From the NCBI GenBank assembly GCA_963829055.1, contig CAWHHI010000016.1:1-64000 (forward strand): 64,000 nucleotides of DNA. The letters run 5' to 3'. Below, piece after piece: positions 20,866 through 30,634 of the stretch. The DNA is from an uncultured Gemmatimonadaceae bacterium. GTDB lineage: Bacteria; Gemmatimonadota; Gemmatimonadetes; Gemmatimonadales; Gemmatimonadaceae. The notes under the pieces are model-generated. The model saw nothing but the letters and a program-made list of their open reading frames with translations. It did not search any database and had not been told where the DNA came from. Position 1 is the first letter of the stretch; every line of letters starts with the position of its first letter. Both the position numbers and the translations under genes were made by a program.

Positions 20866-22672
20866 ATGCTCGCGTGTACACGTTCGGCGGCCATCCGTTG
20901 CGTCGCGCTCGCGCCCGTGCTCGCCATCGCGGTGGCCTGCACGGATGATCCCGTTAGGCCCAATCGCCTCGCCACCAAACCCGGTGGGGCCGCCGCGGGG
21001 ATCAACAACCCGCAACCCAGTCCGCTGGGCCCGCCGACGTCCGTCGGCATCCAGCTCGTGGCCGAAGGCCTAACGTCACCGGTGCTGGTCGTCCCGGTGA
21101 ACGACGGAACCGGCCGGCTGTTCATCATCGACCAGATCGGGCTGATTCGCATCGTGACGCGTGAGGGGACGCTCCTGCCACAGCCGTTCCTCGATATCCG
21201 AAGCAAGATCGTTCCCCTGAGTCAGACGGCCGCTGACGAACGTGGGCTCCTCGGGCTCGCCTTCCATCCACAGTACGCGACGAATGGGCGCTTCTTCGTC
21301 TACTACAGCGCGCCCCTTCGTCCCGGCGCCCCCACCGGATTCAATACCACGGCGACGTTCGCCGAATACCGCGTGTCGAGCGATCCGAATCGGGCGGATC
21401 CGGGCTCCGAGCGGATCTTCCTGCAGATCGACAAGCCGCAGGCGAACCACAACGGCGGCACCATTGCGTTCGGGCCGGCCGACGGGTTCCTCTACATCTC
21501 GATCGGCGACGGCGGCGGGCGCGATGACGTCCAACTCGGTCACGTCGACGACTGGTACGCGGCGAACCCGGGCGGCAACGGTCAGGACATTACCCAGAAC
21601 CTGCTGGGCAACATCCTGCGCATCGATGTGGACCACGGGAGTCCCGTACGGCATTCCGAGCGACAACCCCTTCGTGGACGGGCCAGGGCTGGACGAGATC
21701 TGGGCCTACGGCTTCCGCAACCCGTACCGCTGCGCGTTCGACCCGCGGCCGCCCCACACGCTCCTCTGCCAGGACGCCGGACAGGAGCTGTGGGAGGAGG
21801 TCAGTGTTGTCGTTAGGCGCGGGAACTACGGCTGGAACGTCAAGGAAGGCACGTCGTGCTTCAACGCACGGGCCGCGTTTCACCCGCTCGAGAGTTGCCC
21901 GGACGTCGATCCCACGACGGGCGAGCCGCTGCGCGATCCGGTGATCCAGTTCGCGAACTCCAAGAACCAGGATTTCCCCGGCCTTTCCTTTACTGTCGTC
22001 GGTGGCAACGTCTACCGCGGGACCAGGCTCCCGGAGCTCGCCGGGCGCTACATCTTCGGCGGCGCCACCGCGTCGTTCACCGCGTTCGACGGGCGAGTCT
22101 TCGCCGCGACGCCGACCTCGGGCGGCCTCTGGCCGATGCAGGAACTGTTGTTCGACGGACAGCGGCTGCGCCGCTTCGTGCTGGGCTTCGGTCAGGACCT
22201 CGCCGGTGAGGTGTACGTGGAAACCCGGGAGACCGGAGCGGCGGTGGGCACGACTGGAAAGGTCTGGCGCCTCGGCTCGCCGTCGCCTCATGGAGAGGAC
22301 CCTGTGCTTACGGCTCGCCTGTCACCAGAGAACGAAGCGCCCGCGTGCACGTCGGGTCGCGCAAGCGGAACCGCAACGATCCGGTTCGTCGGGCCGACGA
22401 CGATCGAATTCCTCGTCGAGATCGCGAACCCGCAGCAGGAGAATTTCACTGCCGGCCACATCCACCTGGGACAGCCGGGAGTCGCCGGGCCGATTGTGGT
22501 TCCGCTGTACTCTGGAGCCGACCACAGCCTGAACATTCGGGCTCAGGGCCAGCTCACGCTGACTCCTGATCTCGCAGACGCGATTCGTAGCAACCCGGCC
22601 GCGTATTACGTGAACTTCCACACGACGGCGTGTCCCGGTGGGGCGGCCCGAGGGCAGTTGACCGGGCCGTAG
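20866..22672 (+). CDS. PQQ-dependent sugar dehydrogenase (GSDH) lipoprotein with C-terminal CHRD domain (frameshift near 21640)
   Basis: ERGLLGLAFHP, NHNGG, GDGG, EIWAYGFRNPY, GYGWN-type motif; CHRD: AGHIH.G..GVAGPIVVPL, YYVNFHT..CPGGAARGQL. Confidence 0.9.
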
Positions 22673-23271
22673 GAACGCGAGGAATCAGACGCCCCGGTGC
22701 TGATTGGGTCAGCACGGGGCGTCGTCACCTTGAATGGGCGCCAGAGTATCGGAACGGTGAGGGGATGGTCCGGGGATACAGACTGCGCGTTAGGCGGCGA
22801 GGCGGCTGCCCAGACGCGTACGCAGCAGTCTCCCGGGTCTTGTCTGTACCTCGACCCTCTCGGCAGGTGCGAGGGCGGGCGGGGAAGAGCATCCCGGGCA
22901 GCCCCCAGGGCTCCGCGCGGTAAAGCGGCGCAGCGAGGATCAGCATTCGAGCGGTTGGAGCGTGCGATGATCGAAGGCGGGATGTCGCAGGCGCATGCGC
23001 GAGACTCCTCCGGATCCACAGGGCGCCGTTAGGCACCGGCACTCATGCCCGGATCTGCGGCATTCACAACGAAGCTCGGAAGCCGAGCGTCAAACCGTGC
23101 GCGGCGGGAGCGACGTAGGGCGATGGCGCGAGCGCCGAGCGGTTCTTGCGCGGCGTGGGCACCGTGTAATGTGACACCACGCGCCTTGTGGGTGACGTGG
23201 GTCCGTTGATGCGGGCCCCGGCACGTACCTATCGTTAGACCGCAGCAGCACCGACCTACTTCAGACCGCGC

Positions 23272-23580
23272 ATGCACGACGCTCTCCCGCTCCTCACCGC
23301 TGTCCGCGGCGTCGTCGGCACCCACGCCGCCGCGCCGCGCGTGCTCCTCGTTTCTCCGGATCTGGAACGCCATACAGAAGACGCGGCGCGCGCTGCCTGG
23401 TCGCGGCGGGTGCCCTTCGCTGCGCTCTGCGCGGACCTCGGACGCGTCGCGGTCGAATGCTTGCCGCACGATCGCTGTGCCGCCGTGGCGGTGGGGCAGG
23501 CCATGACCCAATGGGCCGCCCGCGCGTACCAGCACTCCGTGGGTAGCGAGAGGGCCCGATTGGCGGGACGGGTGCCATGA
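23272..23580 (+). CDS. Small helical hypothetical protein
   Basis: Pattern similarity to ORF 43073-43417. Confidence 0.55.
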   Translation: MHDALPLLTAVRGVVGTHAAAPRVLLVSPDLERHTEDAARAAWSRRVPFAALCADLGRVAVECLPHDRCAAVAVGQAMTQWAARAYQHSVGSERARLAGRVP

Positions 23581-23750
23581 GAGGGCGTTGAACGCGGCGG
23601 TGGACGTCCCGTGAGAGGGTACGACATGCTACGCCGAGGCGGAGTCTTCACACAGCCCATCGACCACGCGCGGTAGTGGGCGGTGACGTTTCGGTGGCAC
23701 GCGCCGTCGTGGGAGCGAGTGGACCACGCCGCACGCAGCTCTGGAGTCGC

Positions 23751-24002
23751 ATGTCCAGTATCCGGCATCACACCACCCAGTCCCATCCGGCGTTCGAAGC
23801 CAGGAGTCAAGGCATCGGGCGGGGGTGGCTGCTCATCACGGCCGGTCTGATGCTGACGGCGGTGGTGTCGCTCTCGCTTCGGTCCGTGTGCGTGCCCGAG
23901 GTGGCCGGAGCGAACGAAACGGGCTTCGGCGTTCGGCACGAGCAGCGCGGCACCGGGTGGGTCCACTGCGAGCCGTGGATCCGCCACGTGCTCGGCAACT
24001 GA
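23751..24002 (+). CDS. Small single-TM hypothetical protein with two Cys
   Basis: RBS GGAG, hydrophobic segment WLLITAGLMLTAVVSLSL. Confidence 0.55.
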   Translation: MSSIRHHTTQSHPAFEARSQGIGRGWLLITAGLMLTAVVSLSLRSVCVPEVAGANETGFGVRHEQRGTGWVHCEPWIRHVLGN

Positions 24003-24073
24003 CCGGCGGAGCCTAACGACGCCCTCGACCACCGGTACGGCGGTCGACGCGGCGGGGCCGTCCGCGAGTGCGC

Positions 24074-24265
24074 CTACGTCGCTCGGTCCGATGGAGCGAC
24101 GACCCCCGGCCCAGCGTCGAGCTCCGCCAGGCTTTCGGCGGTGCGATCGACGGCGGCCATCAGCTCACCAAAGGCGGCGTCCGTCATACGCCCACGGAGT
24201 CGTTCCAGGCGGGCCGTGAGCTCGGTCCGCAGCTGCTCGCGTCGCGGTTCTCGCGCGTCTATCAT
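24074..24265 (-). CDS. Small helical hypothetical protein
   Basis: Similar to ORF 26909-27112. Confidence 0.5.
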   Translation of the reverse strand: MIDAREPRREQLRTELTARLERLRGRMTDAAFGELMAAVDRTAESLAELDAGPGVVAPSDRAT

Positions 24266-24418
24266 GGTGAGCCTGCGCGGTAGGGGTCGTCTACGCTGGG
24301 TGGCGCAAGGTCGCATGGGTTGGCGTCCCAACGAAGTGATCCCGGTCACGTTCGAGCCAAGAAAACTGGCGGCTGGTGCGTCCTGTTAGTGGAGCGCGTC
24401 GGAGATTCTGATAGCAGC

Positions 24419-24582
24419 TGTCATTCCGAGCGGAGCCGCGCAGCGGCGGAGTCGAGGAATCGCGATCGTCCCGTCAGCGGGCTCTCTACCCGGAGAGTCT
24501 CGATTCCTCGACTCACTTCGTTCGCTCGGAATGACAACCGATTCCTCGACTGCGCGCCTTCGGCGCTCCGCTCGGAATGACA
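24419..24582. repeat. CGTC/TGTC-type palindromic repeat (REP/MITE-like) with a duplicated right arm
   Basis: TGTCATTCCGAGCG..GAGTCGAGGAATCG ... CGATTCCTCGACT..CGCTCGGAATGACA ending at 24536 and again at 24582. Confidence 0.85.
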
Positions 24583-24596
24583 CCGCTCCGCTCTGA

Positions 24597-25043
24597 TTAG
24601 ATCAAGGATCGCTTCGGTTGTGCGTTGGTGTCGCGACGCGCTGCGAACGATCGGATCGCCAGGTAGAGCAACAGGCCGACGGGTCCGAAGAGGAACGTCA
24701 GAACCAGCGCAGGGATGACCAGCAGGTGCGGGATGCCACGCCGCTGTGCGTCGCGCACCTCCCACCCGCCGATGAACAGGTCGAACGCCAGGTAGTGCGT
24801 CCACCCGGCGAGCAGCGCCCATGGATTATCGAACAGCGCCCTAACGCCGGCGAGTGACGAGAACCCACCCTCGCTCCACGGCAGCGTCGCGATCAACAGC
24901 GCCAGGTAGGTGATCGCGAGCAGTACCGGCATTACCATCGGCACCACCGTAGTGCTCCAACGCACGCGCGGGAGAAACACGAGCGGCAGCCACGCCGCGA
25001 CGGCCATCGAATTCAGAATCGAAAAGAGCTGTTCGGCGGTCAT
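24597..25043 (-). CDS. ABA4-like / DUF4281 membrane protein
   Basis: FSSLAGVRALF, LAGWTHYLAFDLFIG, LTFLFGPVGLLLY. Confidence 0.9.
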   Translation of the reverse strand: MTAEQLFSILNSMAVAAWLPLVFLPRVRWSTTVVPMVMPVLLAITYLALLIATLPWSEGGFSSLAGVRALFDNPWALLAGWTHYLAFDLFIGGWEVRDAQRRGIPHLLVIPALVLTFLFGPVGLLLYLAIRSFAARRDTNAQPKRSLI

Positions 25044-26038
25044 GCTGTCATCCGATCCAACCCGTCGGGCGACGCCGCGCGCGCGCCAAGAGCGATCCAC
25101 CCGACGGCGAGCATGGTGATCACGGCCCAGATCGCGATCGACGCGAGCGCCATCGTATCGGGAGCTACGACGCTTTGCCCTCGGAGCGCCTGCCACAGCA
25201 GCAAGAGAAACAGCGAGACGTAGCTCGCCGCCGCAGCCAGCACCACCCTAACGCGAACGGTGTCCGGGCGGCGTAAGCGCCGCAGGCCGACCGCGACGAG
25301 CGCCAGCGCCTGGATCGCGTGCAGGCCAATGAAGTGTGGAACGCGCACGTCACCGTGCTCGCGGCTCCACCCGGTGACCGGGAGACCCGGCCCGCCGTCC
25401 GGCGCGCCGACCGTATGTGCGCCCACGGTCGTTATGTGCCCGCGAGCGCGGGCATCCGCGAGCTGCTCCGCCGTCGGACGAGTCATGAGCGGGCCGGTCA
25501 GCGCGCCGGCGATCGTCATCGTCATGCCGAGTCTCAGTGCCCATCCGAGTGTGCGGTCGGCGAACCGCTGCCGCCACAGCGCGACGGCGACGGCCATACT
25601 GACGAACGTCTGCACCATGATCGCGGCGCCCATCGTGAAGAACAGCGCGCGATCGAGCGGTGTCGACGCGTTGAAGTGGCTGGTGGTGCCGCGCCACGCT
25701 TGCGTGTCGATGATCGCCACCTCGAGCACGAACACGACCGCGGTCGTCCACCCTGCGACGCGGCGGACCCTTGGCCAGTCGGAAAGCCACGTGAACATCC
25801 ACGCGAGCGTCAGGCTGTAAAGGGCGGTGGAGATGGCGAACTTGAACGGTTTGAGCCAGGCGGGGGCGCCGGTGATGATGCGTGGGTCGACGAAAACGCC
25901 GATCAGTGAAGGGACGGCCACGACGAGCATCAGGATTCCAACGACGGTGAGCGGCGGGCTGTTGCGCCACAGCGCGCGGAGAAGCGCGGTGGCTCGAGTC
26001 CAGGCGGTCGGCGGTGTGGTGTCTCGGGTCGAATGCAT
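25040..26038 (-). CDS. Multi-pass membrane protein
   Basis: WLKPFKFAIS, QAWRGTTSHFN, GWSREHGDVRVPHFIGLHAIQ; overlaps the DUF4281 start. Confidence 0.85.
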   Translation of the reverse strand: MHSTRDTTPPTAWTRATALLRALWRNSPPLTVVGILMLVVAVPSLIGVFVDPRIITGAPAWLKPFKFAISTALYSLTLAWMFTWLSDWPRVRRVAGWTTAVVFVLEVAIIDTQAWRGTTSHFNASTPLDRALFFTMGAAIMVQTFVSMAVAVALWRQRFADRTLGWALRLGMTMTIAGALTGPLMTRPTAEQLADARARGHITTVGAHTVGAPDGGPGLPVTGWSREHGDVRVPHFIGLHAIQALALVAVGLRRLRRPDTVRVRVVLAAAASYVSLFLLLLWQALRGQSVVAPDTMALASIAIWAVITMLAVGWIALGARAASPDGLDRMTA

Positions 26039-26051
26039 GGCGACTCTCTCA

Positions 26052-26102
26052 ATGTTGCCTATGTCAACATAGATAAGCGCGAGATGTTGCCGCTGTCAAC
26101 AC
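26052..26102. promoter_or_regulatory. Two palindromic TetR operators
   Basis: ATGTTGCCTATGTCAACAT (26052-26070) and ATGTTGCCGCTGTCAACAC (26084-26102) between divergent genes. Confidence 0.75.
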
Positions 26103-26123
26103 CGCGGGCCTATCTTACATCCC

Positions 26124-26771
26124 ATGACTCCACTGAAGCGCGCGGCCCGCAAGCCGCGCCGTCCGTATCATCACGGCAACCTGCGCCGAGCGCTCATCGA
26201 TGAAGCGCTGGCGACCATTCGTGAAGACGGGGTCGATGCAGTGACCCTGCGTGAAATCGGGGCTCGTGTCGGCGTGTCGCGGACGGCGCTCTACCGACAC
26301 TTCGCCGACAAGCGCGCGTTGCTCACGGCCGTCGCGACCGAAGGGTTCCGCACGTTACGGCAAGAGCTCGTCTCGGCGTGGGAGTCAGGAGGCCGTGGGG
26401 ACGCGGCGTTCCGTTCCATGGGTGTCGCCTACGTCCGTTTCGCGGTCACGAACTCGTCTCACTATCGCGTGATGTTCGGCGGCTTCGTCGACCCACAGCC
26501 GCAGGACCCTGATCTCGTCGCCGAAGGGGAGGGTGCCTTCCGAGCGCTCGTCGACGCGCTCGCGGCGTTGCAGCGCGACGCGCTCGTGCGTGCCGACGAA
26601 ACGCTGCTCATGGCCAGCTACGTCTGGGCGCTCGTGCACGGCGTGGCCATGCTCGGCATCGATCGCCAACTGCGCGACCCGGTCGATGTCGAAGGGCTGA
26701 TGCAGTACGCGCTCGAGCGACTGCGGACTGGAATCGCGATCAACACGGATGATCGTACGACACAGGCCTAA
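26124..26771 (+). CDS. TetR/AcrR regulator (WHG-type C-terminus)
   Basis: YHHGNLRRALI, LREIGARVGVSRTALYRHF, WALVHG. Confidence 0.95.
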   Translation: MTPLKRAARKPRRPYHHGNLRRALIDEALATIREDGVDAVTLREIGARVGVSRTALYRHFADKRALLTAVATEGFRTLRQELVSAWESGGRGDAAFRSMGVAYVRFAVTNSSHYRVMFGGFVDPQPQDPDLVAEGEGAFRALVDALAALQRDALVRADETLLMASYVWALVHGVAMLGIDRQLRDPVDVEGLMQYALERLRTGIAINTDDRTTQA

Positions 26772-26908
26772 CGACGGCTGCACGGCGGCGCGACCTGCGG
26801 CTGAGACACGCTGTACAGTCCGGCACGCGGGGACACCGCAGCGTTCGACGGCGCCTTGCCCGCTGGGTCGAGGAGGACGTGGCTGACGCCGCCGCAGCCG
26901 ATGCGAGG

Positions 26909-27112
26909 TCAGCCGTGCCCACCCTCCTCCCGCACTTCGTACTTTAGTGTCGTTTCGGCGATCCGGCGCACCAGGGCGCTGAACTCGGCATCCGAGAGGC
27001 TGACACACGCCGAGCGAAGGCGGGCTGAAATGTCGCTTACGAGCTCGTTGAGACGGGCCTGACGACCCGCATCCGTGCTCAGCGGTGATACCGCTCGTGG
27101 ATTGACGTTCAC
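26909..27112 (-). CDS. Small helical hypothetical protein
   Basis: ISARLRSACVSLSDAEFSALVRRIAETTLKYE; start uncertain. Confidence 0.55.
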   Translation of the reverse strand: MNVNPRAVSPLSTDAGRQARLNELVSDISARLRSACVSLSDAEFSALVRRIAETTLKYEVREEGGHG

Positions 27113-27282
27113 TCGGTGGTCGCGTTTGGTTGGGGAAACAAATATGATTGACACTACCCATGTTCGCGAGAGCGCGGGCCAGTCGACCTCCGGAGTGCCG
27201 GCGAAGCCGGCGAACGGGATCTCCCATATCGGCAGTGGTGCGGCGCGTGCAGGGCAGACGCGCTCTCGTAGAGACGCAGCCC

Positions 27283-27525
27283 ATGCGCTTGCCATCGGAA
27301 CAACCCGCCTACTGCTTTCTCCTCGATGCGATCTGGACCGCGCGTTCGACGGGAGAGCTCGAGCGGTTCCGGGCTCTGGCACTGGCGCACTACGCGGGCA
27401 AAACCCGCCAGACGCTGGTGCAGCTCATCGACGATCGCGCACCCCGATTGCCGCCGCGTCTGGATTCACGCGGCCGCTGGGCGCCTGACCAGGCACCGCC
27501 GCGCGCGGCCTCCGGAAATGGGTAG
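27283..27525 (+). CDS. Small hypothetical protein
   Basis: MRLPSEQPAYCFLLDAI...; similar to ORF 27754-27990. Confidence 0.5.
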   Translation: MRLPSEQPAYCFLLDAIWTARSTGELERFRALALAHYAGKTRQTLVQLIDDRAPRLPPRLDSRGRWAPDQAPPRAASGNG

Positions 27526-27753
27526 CACCTCTCGCGACATCGCCCATCACCGTCTTCACGCGATGCGGAAATTTGGGAGCGGCATGCAAGCCCGCGCGGG
27601 GCGGCAGACTTCTGCGAGTCCCGGCGTAGCACCGATGGTCGATGCGACGGCGGAACACGGCGAGAGCCGCGGGGAGGGCAGTAGCGACGCAGGAATCACC
27701 AGCAGGAGCTATCCGCAGGCGTCGATCGCGGCGTCTCAGATCCCCAGAGTGCC

Positions 27754-27990
27754 ATGGACGCCCGCGTGTACTTCCAGCTCACCGACTCGATCACCGATTC
27801 CACGACCGCGGCGGAGCTGGCCGCCATGCGCGATGTGTCCGCGAGACGCCCATGCTCGAGAGAGCGTCGCGCGCTCGAGCGGCTGCTGCAGTCACGCGAG
27901 ACAGCCCTGGAGTCCGCCAGCACCGAGGCGGTGATCGAGTCTCGATGCGCGTTAGGCTCGGATTGGCCGCGCGCTACCCCCGAAGCGTGA
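27754..27990 (+). CDS. Small hypothetical protein
   Basis: MDARVYFQLTDSI...; similar to ORF 27283-27525. Confidence 0.5.
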   Translation: MDARVYFQLTDSITDSTTAAELAAMRDVSARRPCSRERRALERLLQSRETALESASTEAVIESRCALGSDWPRATPEA

Positions 27991-28363
27991 GCTCGACGTG
28001 CTCGACGACGTCCCGTGTATGCGCTCCATGCTCGGCGGGGTCGATGTCGATGCCGAGGTTGTGGCAGAGCCCCTCGACGAAGCGCGGTAGGTCGCGCGTG
28101 CAATGCCCGGCCAGCGCCTCCGTGATGCGTACCGCGTAGCCAGAAGCGAGGATAATGCGCTCCCGCTCGCCCGCGAAGGCATTCGGCGTCGGCTTGACCG
28201 CGATGCCCAGCGCATCGCACAGGCTCGTCGCGTCGCCAATCGCCGCCGCAAAGTCGGGTTGCCCCTGCGTGGCGAGGTGTTCTTCCGCGCGAGCGGCGAA
28301 GGTCTCTGCGAGGATCATGCGGTCTTCGTTCGAGAGCTTTCTGGCGAGTTGCGTCTCGGGCAT
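27974..28363 (-). CDS. Hypothetical protein
   Basis: About 130 aa, protein-like composition, GAGGGAG upstream. Confidence 0.6.
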   Translation of the reverse strand: MPETQLARKLSNEDRMILAETFAARAEEHLATQGQPDFAAAIGDATSLCDALGIAVKPTPNAFAGERERIILASGYAVRITEALAGHCTRDLPRFVEGLCHNLGIDIDPAEHGAHTRDVVEHVELTLRG

Positions 28364-28711
28364 CGGGTGCATCTCCCTCAATCATGTGAGCCGACGGCAG
28401 CAGCCGGTCGCGGGTAGGCTGGCAGGTCCCGGTGCCTTCGCATGCAATTCCCGCAGCACGTTGCGTCTGCCAACTCCGGCCAATGCCGCGATTCCAAAGC
28501 AACTCGAGGCAGCCGCGGCTACGCGACAGAGCTGAGCTGCCCGATGCGCGGCCTGTAGCAGGCCCGACGCCTGGCGTTAGGCAGAAGATGGCGTGTCCAC
28601 GGATGATCGAGGTTCGCGATCAGCGCATCGAAGCTTAGGCCGGCGAACTCAGCGTTCGCTTCGGCACGGTGCCTGCGCGTGGAATCGGCCTCACCGATAC
28701 GGAAGGTCATC

Positions 28712-28906
28712 ATGGACCGAAAGAGGCCAGACGCACCGCACGAAGCGGTGCCGGACGACACCCGCCGGGAACGGGATCTCGAGGACGACGTGGACGTCTC
28801 CACGCCATCGGAGCCACCGTTCACGAAATCGGGCAACATCGCGGCGCCAAAATTCGGCTCAGCAGGGAGTGGCGGCGCGGAATTGGAGCCCGGCCCAGAG
28901 CGCTAG
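28712..28906 (+). CDS. Small acidic hypothetical protein
   Basis: RBS GGAAGG; sigma-54-like CGGCACGGTGCCTGC at 28662-28676. Confidence 0.6.
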   Translation: MDRKRPDAPHEAVPDDTRRERDLEDDVDVSTPSEPPFTKSGNIAAPKFGSAGSGGAELEPGPER

Positions 28907-29130
28907 CAAGCAGGCACAGCGTAGCGACATGCACACGGCGTCCCTCGTGTCTACCAAGCGGTGGGCACGATGGACGCCGTGGTCGTGTGACTGCCGGCGT
29001 CACGGTTTGATTCGTCTATCGGTTGGGTCGATCAGGCTGCTAGAATATGGATCAGGCGCTGCCGCGTCACCGCGTTGCGTGACGCCTAACGCCGCCAAAC
29101 TCGGCGCCATCCTCTCGACGGAATCACCGT

Positions 29131-29373
29131 ATGACATCCAGTCGCGCGATCATGTTCGCGGTGTCGACGCTCGCGCTTGCGGCCGGCGTCGCGTGGTCCG
29201 CGCCTGACAGCCCCAACTCGCCCCGCGCCCGGCTCGCTGGTTGGCTGCGGGAGCACGGGCATGCGAGCATGGCGGAAGCCATTGAGCCGCCGAGCCTGAC
29301 ACGTCCAGATGGGCTCCCTGGAGTTCCGAAGGATTCGCCGTTGCCTCCTCAGGTAATCCCGCCGCTTCCCTGA
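29131..29373 (+). CDS. Small secreted Pro-rich protein
   Basis: Signal-peptide-like N-terminus. Confidence 0.5.
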   Translation: MTSSRAIMFAVSTLALAAGVAWSAPDSPNSPRARLAGWLREHGHASMAEAIEPPSLTRPDGLPGVPKDSPLPPQVIPPLP

Positions 29374-29417
29374 GCGACGAACTCGCGCGCGGTGGTATCG
29401 CTCGCGTTTCACGACGG

Positions 29418-29433
29418 CGGCACGCAGCCTGCC
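29418..29433 (+). promoter_or_regulatory. Candidate sigma-54 promoter
   Basis: CGGCACGCAGCCTGCC upstream of the SRPBCC-ADH operon. Confidence 0.5.
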
Positions 29434-29522
29434 CGGTCAACCTGTCCTTTCGCAATCGACCGTGGAACGGACCCGTGACGACGGGCACGGTCGGCGTCAT
29501 CCGTCGGACAAGGAGAGGCAGC

Positions 29523-30569
29523 ATGGGAACGGCCTTCGAGAGCAACGTCGCCGCGCCTGGCAATGGTGGACGTCGCATGGGCAGCGCGCTGGCGCCGCAA
29601 GTGCGGCCGCGCGGCGACGCGACAGAACGGTATCAGCAGCTCGCCGATGAAGATCGCGGCACGGGCGGAGAGAGTCTCGCCGATTTCCTTGGATTCTTCA
29701 GTATCGGGCTCGGCCTCGCGGAACTCCTGGCGCCGACGGCCATGTCACGCGTCATTGGCGTCAAGCATCCGGACGACCGCACTCGCTCGACGATGCGGCT
29801 CATGGGCTTGCGTGAGATCGGCAACGGGCTCGCCATCCTGTCGAACCAGCAGCCGGAGAAGGCGGTGTGGTCACGCGTCGCCGGCGATGCCCTCGACCTC
29901 GCATTCCTCGGCAAGACGCTGAGCAATCCCGACAACGATCGTGGCCGTACGTTGTTCGCGACGGCGAATGTGCTCGCCGTGACCGCACTCGACGTGATGT
30001 GCGCCAAGCAACTGTCGAAGCAGCCGGACACGATCGCGAACGCTGGTGTGGACAAGGGAATCATCCGGACCAAGCGCAGCATCACGGTGAATCGGCCCGT
30101 CGAGGAGGTCTACTCGTTCTGGCGCAACTTCGAGAACCTGCCGCAGTTCATGCGGCATCTCGAGTCGGTGACTGTCATGGACAACAATCGCTCGCACTGG
30201 GTCGCGAAGGCGCCAGCGGGCAAGAGCGTGGAATGGGACGCGGAGACCACCGAGGACAGGCCTAACGAGCTCATCGCGTGGCGTTCGCTGCCGGGCGCGG
30301 GTGTCTACAACGCGGGCGAGGTGCGCTTCAATCCAGCCCCCGGGAACCGCGGCACCGAAGTTCGCGTCACCCTGGAGTACGACCCGCCGTTCGGAAAGCT
30401 CGGGTCGAAGGTGGCGATGCTGTGGCGTGAGGAGCCGGGACAGCAGGTGCAGGACGATCTCCGGCACTTCAAGCAGGTGATGGAGACCGGAGAGATCGTA
30501 CTGTCCGACGCCACCAAGCAGCGTGGCATGCACCCGGCCAAGCCCGACGACAAGCCCGTGGAGCTGTGA
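29523..30569 (+). CDS. SRPBCC (polyketide cyclase/dehydrase-like) protein with N-terminal hydrophobic domain
   Basis: [62 protein letters not shown]. Confidence 0.92.
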   Translation: MGTAFESNVAAPGNGGRRMGSALAPQVRPRGDATERYQQLADEDRGTGGESLADFLGFFSIGLGLAELLAPTAMSRVIGVKHPDDRTRSTMRLMGLREIGNGLAILSNQQPEKAVWSRVAGDALDLAFLGKTLSNPDNDRGRTLFATANVLAVTALDVMCAKQLSKQPDTIANAGVDKGIIRTKRSITVNRPVEEVYSFWRNFENLPQFMRHLESVTVMDNNRSHWVAKAPAGKSVEWDAETTEDRPNELIAWRSLPGAGVYNAGEVRFNPAPGNRGTEVRVTLEYDPPFGKLGSKVAMLWREEPGQQVQDDLRHFKQVMETGEIVLSDATKQRGMHPAKPDDKPVEL

Positions 30570-30634
30570 TCGCGCGCCGGCCGCATCAGGCGGCCGGCGC
30601 TGACTTCAAGGTGACCGCATTCGAGGGATACGCG

